Shown: piece after piece, positions 28,338 to 40,386 of the stretch
How positions within the stretch are numbered: position 1 is the first letter of the stretch
Layout of the letters: each line of letters begins with the position of its first letter
NCBI GenBank assembly: GCA_021613535.1
Contig: CP075496.1
Span: 12,710,001 to 12,774,000, forward strand
Source of the DNA: Adineta vaga
Lineage: Eukaryota > Animalia > Rotifera
Length of the DNA stretch: 64,000 nt
Direction: 5' to 3'
Notes under the pieces: model-generated
The model's database searches: none
What the model was told of the DNA's origin: nothing
The model's input: only the letters and a program-made list of their open reading frames with translations
Position numbers and translations under genes: made by a program

Positions 28338-29022
28338 ATGGGTAATAAAGTTGAAAAAAACCATATTGATCAAAGTGTTATTGATAAATTAATTGAAGAT
28401 ACCGGCTTAGAACGTGAAGTTATTATCGCTTGGAGGTAAGTGAAATCTATGATGTGAAATAAAGACGTTCAATTGATTTAGAAAACAATTTCTATTGGCA
28501 TGTCCATCTGGCAAAATGAATCGAAGGAAATTTTATAAATTCTATCGTACATTACGTGTTGAATCCGATGAAAAAGTCAAAGAAATAGCAAATTTTGTAT
28601 TTGCAGCATTTGATCGAGATTCAAATGGAAAAATTGATTTCACGGAATTTCTTTGTACGTATTTTTATCTAAAAGAGATTTTCTTTTTCTTATATTAAAA
28701 AAAAACAAAACGAAAATTCAATTTAGGTGGCTATGCGATAACTTCATTAGGCACAACACGACAGAAACTTGATTATGTTTTTGCACTTTATGATAAAGAT
28801 AAAAATAATTCAATTGATCGAAAAGAAATGATACGAGTTATTTCGGCAATGTATGATCTATTAGGTAAATCGAAAATAGATTATCCACCTGAACGTTGTG
28901 TTGAAGATGTGTTTTCATTAATCGATGTTAACAATGATCGATCGTTAACTAAAGATGAATTTATTGATGGTGTTATGAACAATCCTTATCTTTCCGATAT
29001 TATTTCACCATTTAATGAATAA
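28338..29022 (+). CDS. Neuronal calcium sensor / recoverin-family EF-hand protein (3 exons)
   Basis: MGNK myristoylation start, CPSG non-binding EF1 signature, EF loops DRDSNGKIDFTE, DKDKNNSIDRKE and DVNNDRSLTKDE. Confidence 0.92.
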
Positions 29023-30282
29023 ACTACTATCGTATTTGGGTAATATACAAAAATATATATATATGTAGAGATACAATATGTGTGTATTGCTGTTTCTCTC
29101 TCTCTCTCTTTTCTTTTCTTTTTTTGGCGGTGCTTCTATATATATAATATTTGATTTCTGCTTGTCTCTGTGTGTATATAAATATACAATAGTATACATA
29201 TGAAATATATGTGTACATATGTCTCTCGAGGTATTCACTAAGTATTTGTCTTAATGAGAGAGAAATAAAAATAAACCTTTGCATTTTTTGTTTGTTCTTT
29301 GTTTTATTTTCAATTGGAATAAAAATTATGTGCAGAAGATTGAGAATTAAGATCTTCGGAAGACAAATAATAACAATTGCAAAGATAGGAGAAGATATTT
29401 GATATTCAGTGAACGATATTTCTTTTTCTCCTGAGATAAAGCGATAGTTGAGAATATTCAAAAGAAGAAGCAGAAAGATTTTCGACGAAATAATGACTTT
29501 TCTTTCAATACGGTTGAAATCTGAATGAAAAATTTGATTTTATTATCGAAGAAAAAAACAGATTTGATTCTATTTTCATGAGATATTGATTATTGATCTA
29601 TTCAAAGAAAGTATAGGGAATAATCTTGTATGAAATTCAATCTTGATCACAAGAGATAGAAATCTGCTTTGATCATCATTAGGTCTCTTGTGACTCTATC
29701 AAAAAAAGAAATCAAGGCTATTCTTCTTCGTCTTCGTCTTTGATAACATATGCAAATATTCAATAAACAAAAATCCAAAAAGAGAACAGATTTGGCAGGT
29801 AATGATCAATGATAAGATTTCAAATTCTTCTCGAGAATGTTATTTTCATAACTTTACTTCGTCGATATATCATCATGAATGATTATTTACTTAGAAATGT
29901 TTTGCATACCATATTTGATTGAGATACTGTCAACGAAATCTAATACATATTCATTGACTAATTTAATAAAAACTTATTTTCTAAGGTTAGATTTCCTTTT
30001 TCTCATATGTTGATAACTAAATGATGGCTTTTTTCCCTTCGTCTATATGTCAAACAAATAGACAACATATCAACGCATGATTACTGTGCAATTCTTCTTC
30101 AAATACCGATTTCAACAAACGATTAAGCATTGATAACATTGAACTAACCGTATTTTAACCTTCAGACGAAAATATAATTAATTGATTTGATTGGCCTTGT
30201 TGAATATCTTTTTATATATAATTGAATTCATTTTTCCTTTTTATTTTAATACAATATAAGAAAAATAAATGGATTGCTAATA

Positions 30283-30562
30283 GACATGCACCAGTCCGAT
30301 GAAGTCGATAACAAAGATGAATAAATTTCAATAACTAAACCAACAAATTCTTCAAGTCATATCGATCAGATTAAGCAAATACTACTGATAAATTTGGAGA
30401 GAAAAAATCAGGCATAGAGAAGAAAGCACTAATCTAAAGTTTCTCAATAGAGTCTGATTGATATTAAATTAGAATGAGTGAAAATAATTGGTAAGAATTG
30501 AATGATTTAGTTATTCAAATATATTCATCTTTTTTATCGATTTTATGCGACTGGTGCATTAC
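30283..30562. mobile_element. Putative MITE / non-autonomous Tc1-mariner-like element (about 280 bp) with long imperfect TIRs and TA flanks
   Basis: atgcaccagtc (30286) and gactggtgcat (30549-30559) are a perfect 11-bp inverted pair that extends inward to about 67 bp with about 11 mismatches. TA occurs at 30281-30282 and 30563-30564. No coding capacity. Confidence 0.7.
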
Positions 30563-30667
30563 TAAATTGTTAACTGTTCTTATCAAGAGCATGTGTATCT
30601 AGTAAAAAGCTAAACGCCTACTCAGAAGATAAGAAGTGAAAAAAAGCTGTCTTTTTTTTTCTAAATA

Positions 30668-31818
30668 ATGCACGGTAACAATATGCTCGATAATCGTAAA
30701 TATTCTATATTTATTAATAAAGATTTAGATTATAAATTTTGAAGTTTTTAGGAGGTTATAAGAAATTTATCTTCATTCTTTTGGTTATCTGTGCTTTGGT
30801 GACTTTTATTTATATTATTCAACGTCCTTCTTCATTTGACAAAACGATCAATACAATTGATGCATCATCTTCATGGACAAGTTGTAAGCATGTATCCGTT
30901 GAAGAATTAGATCAATGGTTTCATTCAAAAGAATGGAAAGAAATTCCGAAAATCATCCATCAAACATGGAAAAATCAAACTTTACGTGAACGACAAGCGC
31001 AATGGAGTCAAACTTGGTGTAAACAATATACAAATTGGCGATATCATCTATGGACTGATGAAGAAAATGATGTTTTTGCTCGAACCAAATTTCCATGGTT
31101 TTATCCCACCTATAAACAATTATCACCGGCAATTCTTCGAGCAGATAGTGTACGCTATTTATATATGTTATATTATGGTGGACTATATGTAAGATAATTT
31201 AATTTAATATAAGATTGGTATTTTTTTTTTCGTTTCTTCTAGCTTGATTTAGATTATGAATCAATTCGACGTGTTGATCATGTATTCATAAATAAAACTG
31301 TTGTTTTTGCGTTGTTAAACTATTCATTTCAATCGAAGAATAGTGTACCCAATTCATGGATGGCTTCACAACCTGATCATCCATTATGGACTTATATTCT
31401 CTATCGAATCATGTTATTATGGTCTCGTGTAACAGATAAAGAACGAAATGAATTTTGGAATGGAAAAGCCGAGTTTTTTACGGGACCACAGTCACTTTTC
31501 GAAGGTTTAATGTTTTATATTCAATCGAATCAATATACTGATCAATCACTTGATCAATTACTTGGAAATCAACAAAATCTAACTTCGGATGCGATATTAG
31601 ATGTAGCAAATATAACATTTCTTGGACCGAAATTAATGAATGCATATGATTGGATGAATGGAATTGGTGCTGATGTATGTTCAGCAGAACGAGCAACATT
31701 CGATGAAAGTAAATGTAAAGATATAGTGAAACCAATCTATGGAATTACATACTGGTCACATTCTTATGGACATGGACATGAAAATGATGCGAATTATTTA
31801 CGAAAGAATGGAACTTGA
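30668..31818 (+). CDS. GT32 DXD glycosyltransferase, SUR1/CSH1/OCH1-like type II membrane protein, about 346 aa (exons 30668-30695, 30752-31188, 31243-31818)
   Basis: N-terminal TM, IPKIIHQTWK, YHLWTDEE, RADSVRYLYMLYYGGLY|LDLDY (DXD formed across the splice), NSWMASQPDHP, TGPQ. Confidence 0.88.
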
Positions 31819-32202
31819 TAAGAATGTTGTTAAAGTTATTTTGTTCTTTATTTTATTCTTGATATGAAAATGTGTTATTAAATATAAATATATGTGGTTT
31901 TATTATTTGAAAGCTTATATTGTTAATTGAATAGATTTCTTCGATAGTTTTTATTGATAAACTATTATTATTCCTACGTTTAAATGTATTGATAAACTGA
32001 CGCTTTGTTTTCAGAATTGTTAAAAGAACGGTAAGAAACATTACTCATTTCGATTTTGCTCTTGAGCGTCGGTTTTCTTTATATTGAAAATATACGAGTC
32101 AGAACAGAGGAAAAAGAAAGAAAAGTATGGCAATGACAACTAGGATACTACAAAAGAAAAGTCTCATTCCTTCGATATTTTCATGATCGACATCGATTAG
32201 TC

Positions 32203-33520
32203 ATGATGACTTGTGACGAAAGATCGTGTACTAATTTACAATCAGCTATTTGTCTTCATTGTACTCGTTATTTATGTACCTTACATATTGTTGAACATGG
32301 AACACGGCTTTTACAAGAAGCTGACGAATTATGTCAACAAATTAATCAAGTAGTCGAACATTTAAATAATTCCTTAGAACAAATACAAATAAAATGCAAT
32401 GAAGCAGTTGCTGCACTTGATACTTGGCGACAGAAAGAAATCGATAAAATCGAAGATAGATATGCAGAAAAGATTCAAGAAATTGAATCAAAACAAGATT
32501 ATTTAACAAATCTTGAAAATAATTTATTAGAACGACTTATTAAGAATGCCAAAGATCCATTGGAACAAATGCAAACACAAAAGACTGCAAATCGACAAAT
32601 GATTCAAACTATCAATCACACTCTGACAGAATTACAACAAGCAAGTAGAAAACTTGAATGGAATTCAATGGAATCATTAGATCAAAATACATCGGTCGCA
32701 ATCGAAAAGATGTCTATAAATACATCTGAACAAGATTATCATCAGAATAATTCATTACGTCAATCGAATTCGGGATCTTGTAATTTTATTCCATTAGTTA
32801 GACCAGAATCTGGATACAATCAAACTATAACTTCAATTTCATACTATTCACAACCAATGCCATCATCTACGACTTCTAGTTATCAAGTATCCTTTCCCAT
32901 ATCACCATTTATTTCATTACCACCAAAACCAATCGATTTCAAACATCTTCCTACACATTCTTCTCCAAAATTCATCGACTTCTTTTTAAACGTATCCGAC
33001 AATCATGATCATTTTTTAGATCAATTTCTTATCAATGTAAGTGAATTGTCTTTTGAATCGTATCATTACGTATGTTCTCTTAGAATTTCAATCGAACAGT
33101 ATATTTCAGCAACTTAATGATTATCTTATTATCTTTTCTCGAAGCATGGCATTCGAAAACAACACCAAAAGTTTTTAATGAACGTGTTTTATCCTATCAT
33201 ATCTTTACGATAAAGAAATACATCTTTGATCAAGATTCTGAACGAATTATCCTTGCTGCAATTCTCGTTTATATTCATTCTTGTCACTATGATGAAACTC
33301 GATCAGGTACATTTCATTTGAACAATTCTTATGCAATTTTAAATCGTATCTAGGTCAACTTATGTTGAATCTATTGCATCATTTTTTCGATCAGAAATGT
33401 CTTTCAAAGAATACAATTCTTGATTGGTATGAGAATGGTGATCAATATAATTATCCGACTTTTCAACAAGGAAAACAATGGGCTACATCGTTTATTGATT
33501 ATTTAAATAATACAGTTTAA
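32203..33520 (+). CDS. B-box-like Zn finger, coiled coil and C-terminal W2-like (eIF4G/eIF5/eIF2B-epsilon) domain protein, about 407 aa (exons 32203-33036, 33084-33306, 33354-33520)
   Basis: CDERSC...CLHC...LCTLHIVEH; heptad region with W..KEIDKI; after two 47-nt introns IKKYIFDQDSERIILAAIL...LLHHFFDQKCLSKNTILDWY...QQGKQWATSFIDYL*. Confidence 0.8.
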
Positions 33521-33609
33521 ATTTTTGTGTAATTTTTGTATTTAAGATCTAATAATTGTGTACATATCATGAAAGAAGAAAAAAACACCGACAACAACTA
33601 GAATAACAT

Positions 33610-33916
33610 TTATTCAATCTCTTTTGCTAAGTCTTCAACTAATGAATTCAATGATGTGGAATATTTACATCCTAAACATCGCATATTCACATAACATTCT
33701 AAAAGAAAAGAAGAAATATTCAAAAGAAATTCATGGTAAAATTGAATACTAACGAGCTAAACATAATAATCGCTCTTGATCATATTGATTCCAATATCTT
33801 TCCAGAAATTTCTTTCTCAATTCCCATTGTTTTCTACTTTCCGAAGGTAATCGATGAGTCTTTTCTAAGTCATCTGAATTAGGTGTTTCACCAACCAGCT
33901 TCGTTTCAGTCGACAT
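33610..33916 (-). CDS. XRN2-binding-domain (XTBD) microprotein, CDKN2AIPNL/PAXT-1-like, about 85 aa, 2 coding exons
   Basis: Not on the ORF track. HRLPSESRKQWELRKKFLERYWNQYDQERLLCLA|QCYVNMRCLGCKYSTSLNSLVEDLAKEIE* matches the XTBD pattern R..E...W..R..F / RL.CL / N...LGC.Y. Confidence 0.85.
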
Positions 33917-34305
33917 TTGATGAATAATCTGAAATGAATATTTTGCTTTTATCCCGTCAGTCTATTTTTGTTCATCAAAAGAAGAGGAAAAAAAAGGAAA
34001 CAACAAGAAAAGTGATGGAAATATATGTATATATATACACACCCACACCCACACGCAGAAAAAAACAAACAAAAATGACAAGTTCCTGAGATATTAGGTA
34101 GGCACAAAATGCATCGATACCAAAAACGAAAAAGAAAATGTTAGAGCACAAGAACAAAAAAATTTTAAGACAAAAAACCGGGTTATCTGATTCTTTTTTC
34201 TGTTTCGATTGAACTTTTTTTTTGTTTCGACTAGAAATCACAAATCATTGTTGAATATTTTGAGGAAAACAAAAGCGAAGAAATTTAATAAATTATCATA
34301 CAAAA

Positions 34306-34805
34306 TCAATTGTTCACTGACTGACGTAAACTATCATATTCAACTTTTAATGCATCACGAGTAACTTTCAAGTCATTCAATTGTTCAGGTGTTGGAACCT
34401 AAATATACAAATCAATTGATCAATCTATGAGGAAAATGATATTCTTACATGAATATCCAGATCACGACAAATGATTGTTAATGGATTATCAGGCCATTCG
34501 TTTTGATTATACATTCGTTGTAAACTTGTTGAGTATCGCTTGACGAACATCTGGTGCTTTCTTTTGAAAATATTCATCAACTTTATCTAATTCGGCTTCA
34601 AATGAACGAAGAAATGCGGGTTGAGGAAGATTATTTGTTGAATCAATGGAACCATTTTTATTATCAATAGTTTGATGATCTTAAATTTAAACAAAGTTAG
34701 ATTAGATCATCGAAAGATATCGTAATGAAGATTTTTATTACCAGAAGTTGATATGGAAGAATTTGTCGATGAAGTTGGTGGTGTTGGTGATAGAGCAGCA
34801 CACAT
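34306..34805 (-). pseudogene. MYCBP/AMY-1-like small protein gene with a 1-nt frameshift (exons 34805-34742, 34679-34449, 34398-34306)
   Basis: EYFQKKAPDVRQAILNK then, one base out of frame, LQRMYNQNEWPDNPLTIICRDL|VPTPEQLNDLKVTRDALKVEYDSL, resembling the MYCBP docking helix plus coiled coil. The unshifted frame stops at 34509-34507. Confidence 0.6.
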
Positions 34806-37308
34806 TGATAATAAACTGAAGAGAGAAAGAAAGAAAGAAAAAAGAATCGAAAATTTACTTATGAAATTTCATTGGAAAAAATAAATAAATAAGTAAACAT
34901 CTTTGAATTGAATTTGATTCGATAATGGGTAAAATCTATATGAATAATGATGAAAGAGGAAAAGAACGATATGTTATATCAACTAGTGTCACCTATTGTT
35001 TTCTTTTTGATTAGATTTTCCTTTAAAACTTTCAATTTCTTCTTGATCCTTTTGTTTTAAATTGAAAATGATTCTTTTCGTTTTCTTCTTATTGTAATAT
35101 GAGATGTTGTCGATAAGTCTTTCTTTTCTTTTCTCAATAAGATTGACAATTATCATCATTCATGCATTCGCTACTAATCAAGAAACAAAATCGAGTAAAA
35201 TATATGATGATAGTCATATTTAATCTTTTTGAAACAAAGACAATACGCAGAGGGAAATGATGAAATAAACTTTACAGTTAATATGATGCAGAAGAGTTGC
35301 ATAATCAATTCTTCGTCTTCTTTTTTTCACAATCCCAATAGCACTGCAAATCGTGTTCTGACTTTTATCATCGACAAGCACACAACCATCACTTGCATGC
35401 ATGATTTAGCGTGACAGAATAAAACCGAAGACGACGACGACGACAAGTGCCGGATGTTTCTTTTTTAGAATAATAAAATCTAAGTAATAGCTATGTAATT
35501 CTTAATGATAATTTGAAGCAAAACAGAACAAATACATGATTAATAAAAAAGGAATTAGCTTTCGAGATTAGAATTGTGATTACTAATAGAATTTTATATA
35601 GGTTATTCTTCGAAGAAAATCAAAACTAACACATATTGAGAATATAGAATCAATGTACAGATGGATTGAACAGTTGTGTGTCGGAAAAACGTCGGAATGA
35701 TGATTAGCTTGTTCTTTGTCTAAAACAACTTGCAAAAGAAAAGATGAAGAAGAAGAAGAAGAGACTATCCTTGTGGGAAGTCGTCAATTGAGTAGAGACC
35801 ATGCTGAGTATATACGTGTGCTGCATGTGGTCAAGTCGAGAAAAATATTCTGTTCAAATCATAGCCGTATGTGAACTGTACGTTTCGATCATCGTCAATC
35901 GACATCATTTACCTTTTCTAATACTCTAATTGATCATGGTCTTCAAAGTACATAATCATGTACATATATACATATATATTCTTTTTTCATGTTCTATGTC
36001 TTTTATTTTTGTGCTTAAGTAGCCAGTCGATTGATACAAATGAACGTCGAATGGACAGAAAAGGAAATTAGATAGTCTGACAGGCTATAAAATAAGAGCT
36101 ACGCAATATCAGTTCGACATGTTTTCTCCATTATATTTTGTTCTCTTCTCATGAACGATACATTTTGAGATCAATCCATATTCTTTTACTAGAGTAATGA
36201 TAAATCAAGTGATGACGAATTGATTCAGATATGTAGAAATGATGAAGAAAAGAGAGTTCTTCTTTTCTCATCACCCTTAGTTAATAGAGAGCAACTATAT
36301 ACGTCCAATTAGCCTTCTATTCAAGCGTTTTAGCTCTTCTTTCCAATATTCTTGACACGAGCTCGTTATCATCATCACCAAACAAGTGTCGGTAGGATGT
36401 GTGTGGACGCTCGAGGCCACTGTCAAGTGGAATAGAAGCAACAGCTCGTTTGTGCTTTTTCGACTAAATTAGTTGGCTAGTATTGAACAAATACATATAA
36501 ATACACATCATATGATTGATCGATATTAGAAGAGAAAAGATATCCTATACCATCTTAAAAAAAGAAATATGAAAGAATTCAATGGTAATATACTTATGTG
36601 TACATAGGAGTTTTAGGGATCGACATTAATGTACTGGTCGGTGTCTTTTTCTCTTTCTTTTGTATTATGTTCACTCATATGCTTACACGAACATATAGAA
36701 ATACATATGAAACAAAGAAAATAGAATAGCACAAAGCTCATCATATAATCGTTCCGTTTTTCTTCTGTATTCACGAAAGAGAAATGGAAATTCAATTGAT
36801 ATATGCAAGAAGAAGAAGAAGAAAAAAAAAGAGAAGTTGACTAACATCACTAATCAATAAATATTTTTTTCATCTTTCTCGTCTCCTTTTCTTTTTTGTT
36901 TTATTCTTCCCTCATTTTTATTCAACAGGGAGATTCGCTCATGCCTTACTCTCACAATAGTAAGTAAGTAAGTAGTAGTATTGGTAATTCATCGCATAAG
37001 CGAGTGAGCGAAAAAAACCATAAGGACATTTAAAGATAGAACAGAGAGAGAGACTGCTTGCATAATCGCCGAATTTGAAGGATTAATACGTGCGGGAAGC
37101 GAGTGTATAGGCATTGTTCATATGCATGCATGTGTATGTGCACTCATTCAGTTTATGATAGGTGAATAGTGACCACTTGGCTATTCTTTCAACCGATATT
37201 GAGATCCTTGATTAAAACAATAAAGAAGTTAGGTGTTACTATTGGACTATACATCAGGTACTAATTTCAGTGCCATTTATATGTATGTGTAAAGAAATCA
37301 AGTCAGTG

Positions 37309-37349
37309 CATCATCATCACCACCATCATCATCATCATCATCATCATCA
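37309..37349. repeat. (CAT)n microsatellite with a CAC interruption
   Basis: Direct reading; non-coding region upstream of the Ig gene. Confidence 0.9.
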
Positions 37350-38405
37350 ACGTCGGACTCATCAATTTACAGTTCATTAGCGTTGCAGCTAGTGAATAGA
37401 GGAAAAGATGATGAAGCAAATGATAACAATGAGCCAATTATTTGACTGTCTGTCTGCTTTCTTCTCTGCCTCTCTCTCTCTCTTCCTTTTTCTTGCGCTC
37501 TTATGTTTTGCTCTCTCGCTTCTCTTCTCTTCTCTTCTCTGTTTCTCATAAAACACATCGAAGAGAAAGTGGACGAAGAAGAAGAAGAAACAGCAGCAGC
37601 AGCAGCAGCAGAAAAGGAAGGTGAATTTATTTCTTCTTATAACAATATGTGTGTTAGATGAACCATACATTGTTGATGTACAGCCAAAAGCAGATCATCA
37701 AAAAACCTATATCTTTAATCAATAGAAGTGAGTTCATCTTTTTTTATCTCTTCTTTACTCTATTTTGTCTACCTGCTCATCGATCTTGACGTCGAAATCT
37801 CTCATCTTCTCATTTTTTTAATATTAATGTTTATATTGTATGTGCGCGTGCGTAGATATACATTAACTGTTGATGATCGACGAGAAATGGGAGGAGATCA
37901 AGCATCATATACATCCATACATACATCAACTGATCATCTACAAAACAATATGAGATGAAAATTGGAAAAAAATAAGTTCATTCATCCATTTTAATCATGT
38001 CATGACATAGGCAAACGATGTTCTTACCTTCTATTCCAACGTATTCAAGGTTAAAAGTAATAGAGACGAAAGACAAGTAATCTTCCGTGTATATATATAC
38101 GCACATGCATGAAACCCATAGGGTCTAATATAGATATATATATATATAAGAAGCTAAAGTCGAAGTACTATGACATGAGCAAAAAAAGTAGAAAAAAGTA
38201 GTTGCAAACGTCAGCGATAGTATAGCGTGTACGAGGTGTTAGAATTCGCTTTTGGCTATTCAACATTTATTCATACATACATGTATCCTATGTACGCAAA
38301 CATGCGTGAATAGATAGACAAGCTTAAGTCTTTTCTTTTCCCTTCAACACACATTTTCTTTTCTTTTTTTTCAGATGTACGATTATTTTCTTCTATATTG
38401 ATGAA

Positions 38406-40386
38406 ATGATTATCGGTCGTCTTATGACGACATTAGTTTTAACCGTTTTGCACACAATGACAAATAGTTTCAAAGATGATCTACAGATATCTCGAGATTA
38501 TATTAATGTCAATGTGGGCAAACGAGTTCGAATGGAATGTGAACTAAGTAATTTAACGATATCTGGGAATATGAAAGTAAGTTCAATTATGAATGACATT
38601 CTTTTTCTTCACCTGTCGTCAAATGTCTAATGATCATTGACATTTGAGGAGACGAATGAAATGAAATGAAATAAAAAGAAAACGGGAACTTTTCATTTGA
38701 TTATAATCAAACTTAATGATCCTTATGTATTTCTTTTCTTTTTTTCATTCATTCAGGGTCTATGGTTACGTTTAGAAGATGCCGAAGTTTTTTTCTATTC
38801 AACAAGTCGAATTTATTCTGATCAACGTTTTCAAATTGAACAACGTCCTATTCTTCATATTAATAATGGAACATCATACGAAATAACGACATATTCATTG
38901 ACAATTGATGATGTACGTCTAGATGATGGTGGGACGTATTCATGTCAAGAAGACAATAGAATTATCAAACTATTTCTTTTAAATATTGTTGGTAAGTATG
39001 TTCATCATCCGTTTATGACAGTCAACCATATATAACATTTGATAACAATGCATTACATCATCCAGTTCTTTCTTTTTTTTCGTCCTATTCCCAATATTTA
39101 AATAGAGAAGAACAGGAATTAAAACGAGATGATGATGATTAGTCATCGAAGTTCTATTGTCCTTTCTTTAGTACTAATGAGCATTGGGTCAGAATTTTGA
39201 CATCTTTTCTTCTTTTAGTTTTTCAAGTGTACACTAAACATCCTTGTTCTTTCTTTCTTTCTTTTTTATTTGATTAGAACGACCCTATTTTGTTACACAT
39301 GAATATACAACATTATTACGTACACAAATCGGCAAAAATGTGTCTATTGCATGTGAAGCGCAAGGCAAACCTAGTCCATTTGTCAGTTGGATAAAAAAGA
39401 TCGATGGTAGAGATTAAAAACAATAAGAATAATTCATTCTCTTCTTTTGTTTTGCTTTCTCTTTTTTCATCAGACGATCAACCCAAAACGATGATCAATT
39501 GTACAACAACGCCTACCACCTGTCAATTGAATCTTCTCAATGTTAATCGTTGGCATCATGGTATATATGAATGCGTTGCCACAAATTCTATTGGTACAAT
39601 TGGACGATTTTATACATTAGATGTTCAATGTAAGTTTATTTTGATAAGAACGAAAAAGATCAAATCGTATTTTGTATTTCGTTCTTTGTTTGATTAGTTC
39701 CTCCAGATGTTTATAGTTCAAAAGTAAAATCATATCATTCAATTGGTGATACAATTACATTTGAATGTTTGATTGATGCTAATCCGGAACCGGATATACG
39801 GTGGTTACATCGATTCACCGATGATATTAATCAAGAAATGGATTTATCTCGTCAATATAACCAAGGATTTTATCATAATAAACGAAGAGATGGTCCAATT
39901 TGGTCGATTACACAAGAAAAAATCAATTCATCTCGATGGAAAACGATTCTTTTTATCAAAGTAAGTCAAATTCTATTGTCTATCAAATAAATCATGAGAA
40001 AAAACTTGTTTAGCATATACCAAAACGGTTTTTTAATTCAAAATTTATTTGTCGTGCGAAAAATCGTCACGGTCAAAATGAGAAATCTGTCACCGTTATT
40101 CAAAATCATCATTCAATTTCGAAAAAACATCGTCATACAACAAGTACAACAAAAACTCTCACAACAACAGCAAAGCCAGATTTTCAAAAACAATACAGTG
40201 CAGATGAATATCAATCAACCAGCACAATTCGTAAATATTTAATTTATGATTCAATTCATCTTTTATTTTCCCATCTATTTAGATTTCTTCTCTCAAGAAA
40301 CAGATGAACTCTCTAATCATTCAAGAAGACTCTCTCCGTATTTATTCTATTCATTTATTCTTACTCTATATTCATTTGTACTATGA
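38406..40386 (+). CDS. Three-Ig-domain GPI-anchored cell adhesion protein (IgLON/lachesin/DIP-like)
   Basis: Signal peptide; Ig1 VRMEC...WLR...YSLTIDDVRLDDGGTYSC; Ig2 VSIACEAQGKPSPFVSW...HGIYECVATN; Ig3 ITFECLIDANPEPDIRW...FICRAKN; Thr-rich stalk; intron about 40232-40282 gives the hydrophobic end SNHSRRLSPYLFYSFILTLYSFVL*. Confidence 0.85.

Noticed and set aside
34560-34620. SPX-domain resemblance (FEAELDKVDEYF)
   Set aside because: Too short, with no other SPX motifs; the following sequence fits MYCBP better.
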